Assembly (NCBI GenBank): GCA_963812015.1
Contig: CAWETI010000003.1
Coordinates: 192,001 to 256,000, forward strand
Reading direction: 5' to 3'
Origin: an uncultured delta proteobacterium
GTDB taxonomy: Bacteria; Desulfobacterota; Desulfobaccia; Desulfobaccales; 0-14-0-80-60-11
DNA: 64,000 bases
A program made the translations under genes and the position numbers. The notes under the pieces are model-generated. The model worked only from the letters and a program-made list of their open reading frames with translations, did no database searches and was not told the DNA's origin. Of the stretch, positions 40,472 through 48,429 are shown one piece after another; the stretch's first letter is position 1; each line of letters starts with the position of its first letter.

Positions 40472-41445
40472 TCACCCGGGTTCAGGGATTTTCGGTGGGG
40501 CATGCCCATGATTTCAAACAGGTCACGGGCTGCACCGTGATCCTGTGTCCCGCCGGGACCGTGGGCGGCGCTGATGTCCGGGGCTCCGCCGCCGGCACCC
40601 GCCAGATGGACGCCCTGGTGGGTCTCCACGTGGTGGAAGAAATTCAAGGCGTCTTAATCGCCGGGGGCAGCGCCTTCGGGCTGGACGCCGCCGGGGGGGC
40701 GATGGCCTACCTGGAAGAGCGGGGCCGGGGGTTCGATGTGGGGGTCACCCGGGTGCCCATCGTGCCCACCCTGGTGATTTATGACCTGTCGGTGGGCGAC
40801 TGCCGGGCGCGTCCGGACAAGGCCATGGGTTATGCCGCCTGCCTGGCCGCCACCGACCATCCCCAGGGGGATGGCAGCGTCGGCGCCGGCACGGGAGCTA
40901 CCGTGGGGAAGCTTCTGGGAGTGTCCCAGGCCACCAAGGGCGGCCTGGGAACCAGTTTTCTCACCGGGCCCCAGGGCTTGCAGGTGGGGGCCCTGGCGGT
41001 GGTCAACGCCTTTGGCGACGTGGTGGACCCGGCGACCGGCACCATTCTGGCCGGGGCGCGCCGGGAGCCCAACAGCCACGAGTTCGTCGACACCGCCTTG
41101 ATGCTGCGCCAGGGGTTTGTGCGGCGCCGATTCGGGGAACTCAATACCACCATCGGCGTGGTGGCCACCAATGCCATACTCACCCGGGAACAGGCCCAGA
41201 AAATCGCCCAGATGGGCCACAACGCCCTGGCCCGGTGCATCCGCCCGGTCCACACCCTCTTTGACGGGGACGTGGTGGTTGCCCTGGCCCAACCCCAGGT
41301 CGACGCCGACCTTCATGTTCTGGGCGTGCTGGCGGAAGCCGCCTTGGAACAGGCCATCCTGGGGGCGGTGAAGAGCGCCCACGGCTTGGGAACCCTGCCC
41401 GGCTACCAGGACTTGCACCCGGTCGGGGCAAAGGCAAGCCGCTAA
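40468..41445 (+). CDS. DmpA/P1 (S58) family peptidase
   Basis: TGCTVIL, GGSAFGL, GSVGAGTG, VNAFGD, NTTIGVVATN, HTLFDGD. Confidence 0.9.
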   Translation: MITRVQGFSVGHAHDFKQVTGCTVILCPAGTVGGADVRGSAAGTRQMDALVGLHVVEEIQGVLIAGGSAFGLDAAGGAMAYLEERGRGFDVGVTRVPIVPTLVIYDLSVGDCRARPDKAMGYAACLAATDHPQGDGSVGAGTGATVGKLLGVSQATKGGLGTSFLTGPQGLQVGALAVVNAFGDVVDPATGTILAGARREPNSHEFVDTALMLRQGFVRRRFGELNTTIGVVATNAILTREQAQKIAQMGHNALARCIRPVHTLFDGDVVVALAQPQVDADLHVLGVLAEAALEQAILGAVKSAHGLGTLPGYQDLHPVGAKASR

Positions 41446-41511
41446 CCCCCGCCGCCGGCTCCCCTCCCCGGGTCCTCTTGAACCACGACAGCAAAGCCTT
41501 TACGGAATCCC

Positions 41512-42177
41512 ATGACCCGAATAGCCGAAAAAATTGGGGTGGACCTCATCGTCTTTGACCTGGACGGCACCCTGGCCGACACCCTGCCGGACCTCACCGC
41601 GGCCGCCAACTTTGCCTGCCGCCGCCTGGGGCTGCCGGAACAGCCCCCGGAGGCTATTCGGAGGATGATCGGCGGCGGGGAGCGTAAATTGATCGAGCGG
41701 CTGGTGGGGCCGTCACATCAGGACGAGGTGGATGCGTGCCTGGAGCTTTATCTGGATCACTACACTTGCCACAACGGGGAATTAAGCCGCCTCTATCCCG
41801 GGGTGGCGGAGACCCTGGCGCTCGTGTCCGGGAAAAAGCTGGCGGTCCTGTCCAACAAACTCCAGCGCCTGACCCAACAGGCTCTGGAAGCTCTTGATGT
41901 TGCCAAATTTTTCACGGCAATCCGGGGGGGTGGTGCAGGTCTCCCCCTGAAGCCCGCGCCTGACCACCTCCTGGCCCTGATCTCGGACCTGGAGGCGGGA
42001 CCCAAGCGCACCCTCATGGTGGGGGATAAACCCGCCGATATCCTGACGGGACGTGAGGCCGGGGCCCGTACCGCGGCCGTCACCTATGGCTATGGGGATC
42101 TGGACTCCCTCAATGCGGCGTCCCCGGATTTCCTCCTGCAGCGCTTATCGCAATTGCCGGACCTCCTGACCGGCTGA
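41512..42177 (+). CDS. HAD-family phosphatase (phosphoglycolate phosphatase-like)
   Basis: FDLDGTL, LSNK, KPAP, MVGD motifs. Confidence 0.9.
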   Translation: MTRIAEKIGVDLIVFDLDGTLADTLPDLTAAANFACRRLGLPEQPPEAIRRMIGGGERKLIERLVGPSHQDEVDACLELYLDHYTCHNGELSRLYPGVAETLALVSGKKLAVLSNKLQRLTQQALEALDVAKFFTAIRGGGAGLPLKPAPDHLLALISDLEAGPKRTLMVGDKPADILTGREAGARTAAVTYGYGDLDSLNAASPDFLLQRLSQLPDLLTG

Positions 42178-42275
42178 TTCGGGGGCCCGGATTGCCATGC
42201 GGTCCGAGTCAGAATCTCAGGTGGGCCTTAGGGAAAAAACCACCGGACTCAGGGGGCTGGGGCCCGCAATTTTGT

Positions 42276-42304
42276 TTGACAGAACCGGCATTGCTGAATA
42301 TAAC
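42276..42304 (+). promoter_or_regulatory. sigma70 promoter of the tRNA
   Basis: TTGACA-17 bp-TATAAC just upstream of the tRNA. Confidence 0.7.
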
Positions 42305-42317
42305 TTGGATAAGTTTT

Positions 42318-42394
42318 GGCGGTGTAGCTCAGCTGGTTAGAGCATGCGGCTCATATCCGCAGTGTCCGGGGTTCAAATCCCTGCACCGCCACCA
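42318..42394 (+). tRNA. tRNA-Met(CAT), probably elongator
   Basis: 77-nt cloverleaf, anticodon arm TGCGG-CTCATAT-CCGCA, GTTC T-loop, encoded CCA, paired G1-C72 (not initiator). Confidence 0.95.
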
Positions 42395-42430
42395 CCAATT
42401 ATTTTAAGTCCTAATTTTAAGGAGGGGGAG

Positions 42431-42697
42431 ATGAAAAAACTCGTTACTTTGGCCAGCGTAGGGGTGTTCCTGCTGAGCCTCCAGGGGGCTTCCCTGGCCC
42501 AGGAAAAAACCCCCGCGGCCCCGCCGGCAGGCGCTCCGGCGGCGGAAGTTCCCAAGGCCCCCGTGGCGGAAACACCGGCGGCCCCTAAGGAAGAGGTGAA
42601 GGAAACCAAGAAGGCCAAGAAGACCACGAAAAAGACCAAGAAGACCAAGAAAACCAAGAAGACCAAGAAGACCCAGAAACCCAAAGTCGACGAATAA
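42431..42697 (+). CDS. Small exported Pro/Ala/Lys-rich protein
   Basis: RBS AAGGAGG, signal peptide MKKLVTLA..SLQGASLA, KKT repeats. Confidence 0.75.
   Translation: MKKLVTLASVGVFLLSLQGASLAQEKTPAAPPAGAPAAEVPKAPVAETPAAPKEEVKETKKAKKTTKKTKKTKKTKKTKKTQKPKVDE
42604..42674 (+). repeat. 9-bp coding tandem repeat (AAGAAGACC)n
   Basis: Encodes repeated KKT units. Confidence 0.7.
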
Positions 42698-42799
42698 AAA
42701 TTCAGCTGCATGCGCACCGGTCCGGGGTTCGAACCACGAGGGCTCGCATCCCGGACCAGGGCTCAAAACCCGACGCGCAGGGAGGTTCCTAAAATCGCC

Positions 42800-43153
42800 A
42801 TGAAAAAATACATAACCCTGGCTACTGCCGGGTTATTGCTTTTGAGCCTGCAGGGAGCCAGGGCTCAGCGAGAGGTGGAGCCACCGGCGGTGCCCCCCAT
42901 GCTGGAGGGGCAGAGGCCGCTGGCCCAGCCGGAAACACGGGAACCGGCCGCCCCCAAGCAAACCGAGGCGAAGGCGAAGGCCACGACCAAAACCAAAGGC
43001 AAGGCTGGCAAAAAGGCCCAGAAAAAGACCACGGTAAAGAAAGTGAGCCCCAAGAAAGCCAGCAAAGTCGCCCAGAAGAAAAGCCGGAAAACCCTCAAGA
43101 AGAAAAGCCCGGAAGCGGAACCCAAGCAACCGGGTGGTCCTGATGAAGGTTAA
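42800..43153 (+). CDS. Small exported Lys-rich protein, paralog of 42431-42697
   Basis: RBS GGAGG, signal peptide MKKYITLA..SLQGARA, Lys-rich body. Confidence 0.7.
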   Translation: MKKYITLATAGLLLLSLQGARAQREVEPPAVPPMLEGQRPLAQPETREPAAPKQTEAKAKATTKTKGKAGKKAQKKTTVKKVSPKKASKVAQKKSRKTLKKKSPEAEPKQPGGPDEG

Positions 43154-43200
43154 GGTGGCGAGCACGTCACACATTTTCCTCAGTCAAGGAGGGCAAGCCT

Positions 43201-43575
43201 ATGAAATGTAAGGGTATAGTCTGCTTCTCAGTGCTGGTGCTCCTCTGCGCCCTGGCCACGGCAGCCCTGGCCGCGGACAAAGGGTTTCTGTGGAATGGGA
43301 CCCACTGGAAAGACATGAGCCCCGAACTCAGGGTGGCCTATGTCAAAGGCATCGGCAACATGGCGGATTTCGAAGTCGCCGCGCCTGGCGCCCCGGCCCC
43401 TTGTATCGCCAAGGGTTTTGTCGATGAACTAAAGACCAAAACCATTGGGCAAGTGATAGCTGAGGTAGATAAATACTATCAAGAAAATCCAGGCAAGATG
43501 GACATGCCGGTGATTGCAGTGATTTTACAGCGCTGTACCAAACTCTGCCCGGCCCCCACTGCGGAGAAGAAATAA
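43201..43575 (+). CDS. Small exported helical protein with conserved Cys (unknown function)
   Basis: Signal peptide; FLWNGTHW..GNMADFE..C..VDKYYQENPGKMDMPVI..RC; paralog follows. Confidence 0.75.
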   Translation: MKCKGIVCFSVLVLLCALATAALAADKGFLWNGTHWKDMSPELRVAYVKGIGNMADFEVAAPGAPAPCIAKGFVDELKTKTIGQVIAEVDKYYQENPGKMDMPVIAVILQRCTKLCPAPTAEKK

Positions 43576-43964
43576 TGAGAGCCGCGGTTATCTTGATAAT
43601 GGTAGGCCTCATGGTCGGCGGCCTGGCCGGGGCGGCTCCGGCGGTGGAGACCGGTAAGGCCTTTCTCTGGGACGGGGTGCACTGGAAGCAGGTTTCCGAG
43701 GATGGCAAGGTCGGATATATCTTCGGCATGGGGAACCTGGCCGATTTCGAAGCCGGGGCATCCAAGGGCAGAAAGCCGGTCTGTCTTTCCCAGGCCTTCG
43801 TGGATGATTTAAAGACCAGAACCGTGATGCAGATCGTCCAGGCAGTGGATCAGTTCTACCAGGAGAATCCCGGCAAGTTGGACATGCCGGTGATCGAGGT
43901 GGTCCTCAGACGATGCACCAAGGTTTGTCCGCCGGAGACTCCGAAAGCGGGAGGTAAGCAATGA
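43575..43964 (+). CDS. Tandem paralog of 43201-43575
   Basis: FLWDGVHW..GNLADFE..C..VDQFYQENPGKLDMPVI..RC; TAATG coupling with the previous gene. Confidence 0.75.
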   Translation: MRAAVILIMVGLMVGGLAGAAPAVETGKAFLWDGVHWKQVSEDGKVGYIFGMGNLADFEAGASKGRKPVCLSQAFVDDLKTRTVMQIVQAVDQFYQENPGKLDMPVIEVVLRRCTKVCPPETPKAGGKQ

Positions 43965-44194
43965 AACAGGCAGCTGTCTTGGTCATGGTTGCGGCGCTTT
44001 TGATGGGCGGCTGTTCCGGCTTCTCCAATACCACGCAGCGGACGGTGAGCGGCGCGGCCGTCGGCGCCGGCGGCGGGGCCCTCATCGGCTGGGCTGCGGG
44101 CTGTCCGGCCTGCGGCGCGGCCATCGGCGCGGGGGCCGGGGCTGCGGGGGGGTTTATTTACGACCAGTATGAAAAATCCCAGGGCCGGCCGTAA
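43961..44194 (+). CDS. Glycine-zipper lipoprotein
   Basis: Lipobox MGGC, GAAVGAGGGALIG..GAAIGAGAG. Confidence 0.8.
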   Translation: MKQAAVLVMVAALLMGGCSGFSNTTQRTVSGAAVGAGGGALIGWAAGCPACGAAIGAGAGAAGGFIYDQYEKSQGRP

Positions 44195-44391
44195 AGCCGC
44201 CCCCTCATTTTCCTTGTAACGGCATGGTGAACCGGTTATTCACCCCGATCTTTACCTTCTCCTCCCTCAGGTATACGGGTCCCTGTCCTTCCGGACCCCC
44301 GGGTCCAGGATCCTGGCAACTACAGTCGATTATGGGTAAAACCTGATGGTAGCCTGTGCTTGGGCATAGTAACAACCAAGGAGAGGATGCG

Positions 44392-44667
44392 ATGAAAAAG
44401 GTGGTCATCTTGTTGGTGGTAGTAACCCTGGTTTTTGGAGGGTGCTCCAGCATGTCCACTACGCAACAACGGGTGTTGAGCGGCGGCGCCATCGGCGCCA
44501 GCAGCGGCGCCCTCATCGGCTGGGCCGTGGGTTCGCCGGCGGCCGGCGCGGCCATTGGCGGCGGCGCGGGCCTCCTGGGCGGGTTTCTCTATGACCAGTA
44601 CGAGAAATATCGCGGTCGCACTAATCCCGCAAGCTCCCCGGTCTCCCCGCCGGCCGGGGCAGACTGA
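44392..44667 (+). CDS. Glycine-zipper lipoprotein, paralog
   Basis: RBS AGGAGAGG, lipobox FGGC, shared TTQ.R..SG.A.GA..GALIGWA and YDQYEK. Confidence 0.8.
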   Translation: MKKVVILLVVVTLVFGGCSSMSTTQQRVLSGGAIGASSGALIGWAVGSPAAGAAIGGGAGLLGGFLYDQYEKYRGRTNPASSPVSPPAGAD

Positions 44668-44884
44668 CGCAGCTTGAGCTGACCACTCCACCCAAGGGCC
44701 CACCACCGGCCCCAGGGATTATTTACCCTTGCTCTAACGGCCGCCGGCGAGCTGGCCCCAAAGCCCAGGCCTTGTCCCGACGTGGACCCGCCACTCGCGG
44801 CTAGCGCCGGACTGACCAGAATTACCGAGGCAGTGGCACAGGGTGATAGTTAAGCCGGATAAACCTCCCAGGAAGGAAAAAACT

Positions 44885-45079
44885 ATGAAAATGGCATTGA
44901 TTCTGCTGATGCTGGCGGCCTTGATCGTGGGAGCCTGCGCTGATACGAGCAGCTCCCAGTACCGGAGCCGCAATTCGGTCATCGATCTGGCCAATACCTG
45001 CGCCACCTGCGGCGCCTCCGTCAGGGACGATTATTTTGCCGGCAGCGCCTATAGAGCCGTGGGCCCCGGCAACTATTGA
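44885..45079 (+). CDS. Small lipoprotein with CxxC
   Basis: RBS AGGAAGGA, lipobox VGAC, CATCG. Confidence 0.6.
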   Translation: MKMALILLMLAALIVGACADTSSSQYRSRNSVIDLANTCATCGASVRDDYFAGSAYRAVGPGNY

Positions 45080-45189
45080 TCGAGGGACCGGCCAGGGCCT
45101 CGGGGATTTTCCACCCCCGGCCGCGACGCGCCTCGTCCCCCTCTACCGCCGGGCGCCAGACCTTGCTTCCTCACCGAGTAAGACTGACT

Positions 45190-45513
45190 TTATTGGCCGA
45201 ATAGGCGCTTCCAGACCCCCCTGGTTTCCGGCTGCGGCGCGGGCAGCCCCAGGTGCTGCCGGATCACCGCCTCCAGTTTATCTTCAGCCACATCGCCGCC
45301 TTCCACCACGATCTCTTCCCCCACCATCACCGCGGGAGCCGTCGGCAGGTCCATTTCGAAATATTCGTCCGTCTGGTACTCGGCGATGGGTTTGGAAGTG
45401 GTCTCGATCTCAACCTCAAACTTTTGGCCCAACCTGGGCATCATTTTTTGAAAGTGCTTTCATGGCTTGCCGTTAGGTTCGTTCATGAAAAACCTGACTT
45501 TTAGCAATGTCAT
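45190..45513 (-). CDS. tsoC: NEPxGxxU-motif selenoprotein, thioredoxin-like fold (Sec18, TGA 45460-45462), 107 aa
   Basis: RBS AAGGAGG before ATG 45513; MTLLKVRFFMNEPNGKP-TGA-KHFQK continues in frame into ORF 45190-45444; hairpin GCCCA-GGT-TGGGC 20 nt after TGA. Symbol is from my recollection of NCBI family names. Confidence 0.85.
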
Positions 45514-45527
45514 CCTCCTTTGCAGAG

Positions 45528-47276
45528 TTATTTCTTCGCCACTGCGGCCATGCGGGGCAGCATCAGCGAAGGGGGCAGATAATCCACCAGCCGCAAATTC
45601 TGGCACTCGTTGCCCTGGCCGTCCAGAAAGATCACCGTGGGCACGCCTTTGATGGCGTACTGGCTGAGCAATCGCTGATGCACCGGATTGCCTTTCTGGG
45701 TGAGGTCCACTTTGAGCATGACAAAATTCTGCTCCGCCAGTTTCACCACGTCGGGATGATGAAAAGTAATCTCGTCCAGCTCTCGGCAAGGGGTGCACCA
45801 GGTGGCGTAAAAATCGATGATTACCGGCTGGTGCGCGGCTTTGGCTTGGGCCAGCACTTGATCCGAGTACGGCTGCCAGGTGACGCCAGGGCCCCGCAAG
45901 GCCCAGGAGCCCACCAGGAAGGTGGCGAAAATCACCCCCGCCAGGGCCACGGCGGTCTTGAGCCACGGGAAACTCCGGAAAGTGGCCGTGGAGCGGTCCA
46001 GCCAACCCAGGTTTATGGCCGCCGCCAGGGCCACCCCGGCCAGGAGCGCCTGGCTTGCGGTTTCGGGCAGCAGGGGCCGGACAAAATACGCGGCCATGGC
46101 CAGGAGCACCCAGCCCATGAGTTTGCGCACCCAGAGCATCCATTCTCCCGACCGGGGCAGTCTCTCCAGGCTGCCGGAAAAGAGGGCCAGGATAAAGAGG
46201 GGCAACCCCAACCCCAGGCTCAGGGTGAAGAAGACCAGAAAACCCAGCCAGGGCGATCCCATGGAAGCCACCCAGGTTAAGAGTCCCAGCACGAACGGCC
46301 CGATACAAGGCGCCGCCACTACTCCCAGAGTCAGGCCCATAAACAGGCTGCCGAAGTAGCCGGCGTAGGATTTGGACGCCGCTTGCGTCAGGCTGCCGGG
46401 CAGGCGCAGTTCCCAAAAGCCGAACAGGCTGGTGGCAAAGAAGACCAGGATGGCGGCCACCGCCACCAGCACCAGGGGATTTTGCAGCAAGGACCCCATG
46501 AGCCCGCCGGTCAAAGCCGCCACCACCCCCAGGGCGGAGTTGGTGACGGCCAGGCCCCCCAGGTACAGGAGGCCATGGACCAGCAAGCGGCCCCGCCCCT
46601 GGCCGCTTTTGCCGCCAAAGTAAGAAACGGTGATGGGGATGATGGGATAGACGCAGGGGGTCAGGTTAAGGGCCATGCCGCCCATGAAGATGCCCAGCAT
46701 GGTCCAGACCATGGCCCAACCGGAAAGCAGGCCGGGGGCATAGGCCTCCGGCGCGTAATCGCACAACCCCAGGGGATCGCTGGCCACCGGCAGCCTCCGG
46801 CTCTGCCATTCCGGAAACCCCAGGGGATCGCGGTACACGTTTTTGTAACCCAGCTTGACGGCCACCCGGGCCGCCGAGTCGCTCCGGACTCAGGCCAGGC
46901 CTGCTCAGTAAAACACCACCAGCCGGTCTTTATCCGGCCCCAATAAGGCCGCCAGGCCACCTTGAGACCGCCACCGCGACCACCAGGTGGGCTCCATGGG
47001 GAAATTGATCGCCCCCTGGATATGGCCGCTGCGATACTCCCAATCCTGGCGGGTGTCCACCAAAAACAGCTTTTGGGAGTCCTGCCGGTAACGCTCGGCC
47101 AGTTCAGCGGTGTTGATCAGGCGGTAGCCGCCGCTCCTGGCTTCGGCCAGCACGTCTTCCCCGCTGGCCTCTTGGGGGATTATCGGACGGTTGACATGCC
47201 AGAGCACCCCCAGGGTAAGGGCAATGGCCACCAGGGCCAGGAGCGTGGTCCTGCGGTTTTTCATAACCAACCTCAT
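45528..47276 (-). CDS. tsoB: Rhodanese-DsbD(TM)-thioredoxin fusion selenoprotein with two Sec (TGA 46905-46907 and 46890-46892), 582 aa
   Basis: ORFs 46905-47276 and 45528-46865 are in the same frame, joined by VVFY-TGA-AGLA-TGA-VRSDSAARV, matching rhodanese FYCxGxxCxRS; LTPCVYP and AAPCIGP DsbD cysteines; WCTPC. Start may be 47264. Confidence 0.88.
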
Positions 47277-47281
47277 GGCGC

Positions 47282-47734
47282 TTAAGACAACTTTCCTGCC
47301 CTTTGCAACTTCGAGATGAGGAAGGTTGCGCCTCTTTGGGACAGGCCGAGCTGCGCGGCCAAGTCTTGAGGAGTGAGGGCCCCTTGCCTTTGGGCCAGAG
47401 AGATTACCTCCTCCTCCAATTCATCCAGCCAGTCCTCGAAAAGGACCAGCAAGTCCGGGTCGGCGACGGCCATCAGTTGCCGGGATTGAGCCACCCGGTC
47501 CACCAGTTTCTGACACATATGCGTTGGATCGACACCTTCGTCCATGCATTCCGCCAGTCAGAGGTGCACCATGCTGGATACCTTATCGTCGCCGGCGCCG
47601 CCGATGAGATTGACGACGAAAATCAACCGATCTTCATCGGTAACCAAGGGTAGGATGGTTTTCAGCGTTGCGGCGATTTCGGCCATAGCTTGCGCCGGGG
47701 CCATGCTCTTCAGTATTTCTTGAATTCCGGCCAT
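47282..47734 (-). CDS. tsoA: LULAxC-motif selenoprotein with C-terminal HTH-like region (Sec59, TGA 47558-47560), 150 aa
   Basis: RBS GGAGGT before ATG 47734; MAGIQEILK...SMVHL-TGA-LAEC continues in frame into ORF 47282-47545; downstream hairpin with GAAGGT loop. Confidence 0.85.
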
Positions 47735-47756
47735 GGTGATGAATCACCTCCCCAGG

Positions 47757-48092
47757 CTAAAAAGTTTTCCTCTCGGCCAGCAAATCCGTGGCCAGATCTT
47801 TCAACGCCGCTAAAATCTCCAAGATGCGGCCGTCGGCGATTTCGTAATATACAAAGGGGCCGCTCCGCTCCACCTTGACCAGGAGGGCCCGCCGCAATTC
47901 CTTCAGGTGGTGGGAGACCAGGGGCTGCGACAGATTCAGTGCTTCGACGATCGCCGAGACGGATTTCCTGCCATGATTGACGCACAGCAGAATCCTGAGG
48001 CGGTTTTCATCTGACAAACTCTTGGCCACAAAGGCGACCGTCTGGAGGTATTCCTCCAACGGCATCAGTGGCTCACGACCCGGTGGTGCCAA
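47757..48092 (-). CDS. ArsR/SmtB family transcriptional regulator
   Basis: KSLSDENRLRIL, LSQPLVSHHLKEL, VYY; RBS GGAGG before TTG start. Confidence 0.92.
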   Translation of the reverse strand: MAPPGREPLMPLEEYLQTVAFVAKSLSDENRLRILLCVNHGRKSVSAIVEALNLSQPLVSHHLKELRRALLVKVERSGPFVYYEIADGRILEILAALKDLATDLLAERKTF

Positions 48093-48133
48093 GGTGACCT
48101 CCCCATCTCCAGGAGCTCGGCTGGGATAATCAT

Positions 48134-48172
48134 ATAAATAGATATTTATCTGTTTATCTACTTGGCTGTCAA
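48134..48172 (-). promoter_or_regulatory. Putative ArsR operator (11-2-11 inverted repeat) next to a TTGACA -35 box
   Basis: ATAAATAGATA-TT-TATCTGTTTAT (48134-48157, one mismatch); TTGACA on minus strand at 48172-48167. Confidence 0.65.
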
Positions 48173-48229
48173 GGGAAAAATGCAGGAACTTTGTTTCGGG
48201 CAGGTCGTTAAGAATGGCGAAAAGCGGTT

Positions 48230-48360
48230 AGAGCGTTTGCTAAAATTCCTTCTGATTGCTGGTTTTTTAAATCCCCCTAAATCCCCCTTTTCCAAAGGGG
48301 GACTTTTAAAGGAATTTCGCTAAGTTCCCCCCTTTGGAAAAGGGAGGGTAGGGGGGATTT
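48230..48360 (-). repeat. Dispersed ~130-bp palindromic element, copy 2
   Basis: Reverse-complement homolog of 16810-16940; followed by a degenerate GTAG-REP remnant ending CCCCTAC at about 48408. Confidence 0.75.
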
Positions 48361-48429
48361 GGGCTGTCCGCCCTCGCTTCGGGACGCACACCCAGGTGAA
48401 CCCCCTACATATCAAGGATTTTCTTACTT

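Noticed and set aside
42604..42674. Short direct repeats as a CRISPR array
   Set aside because: 9-bp coding tandem repeat without spacers; no cas genes in the window.
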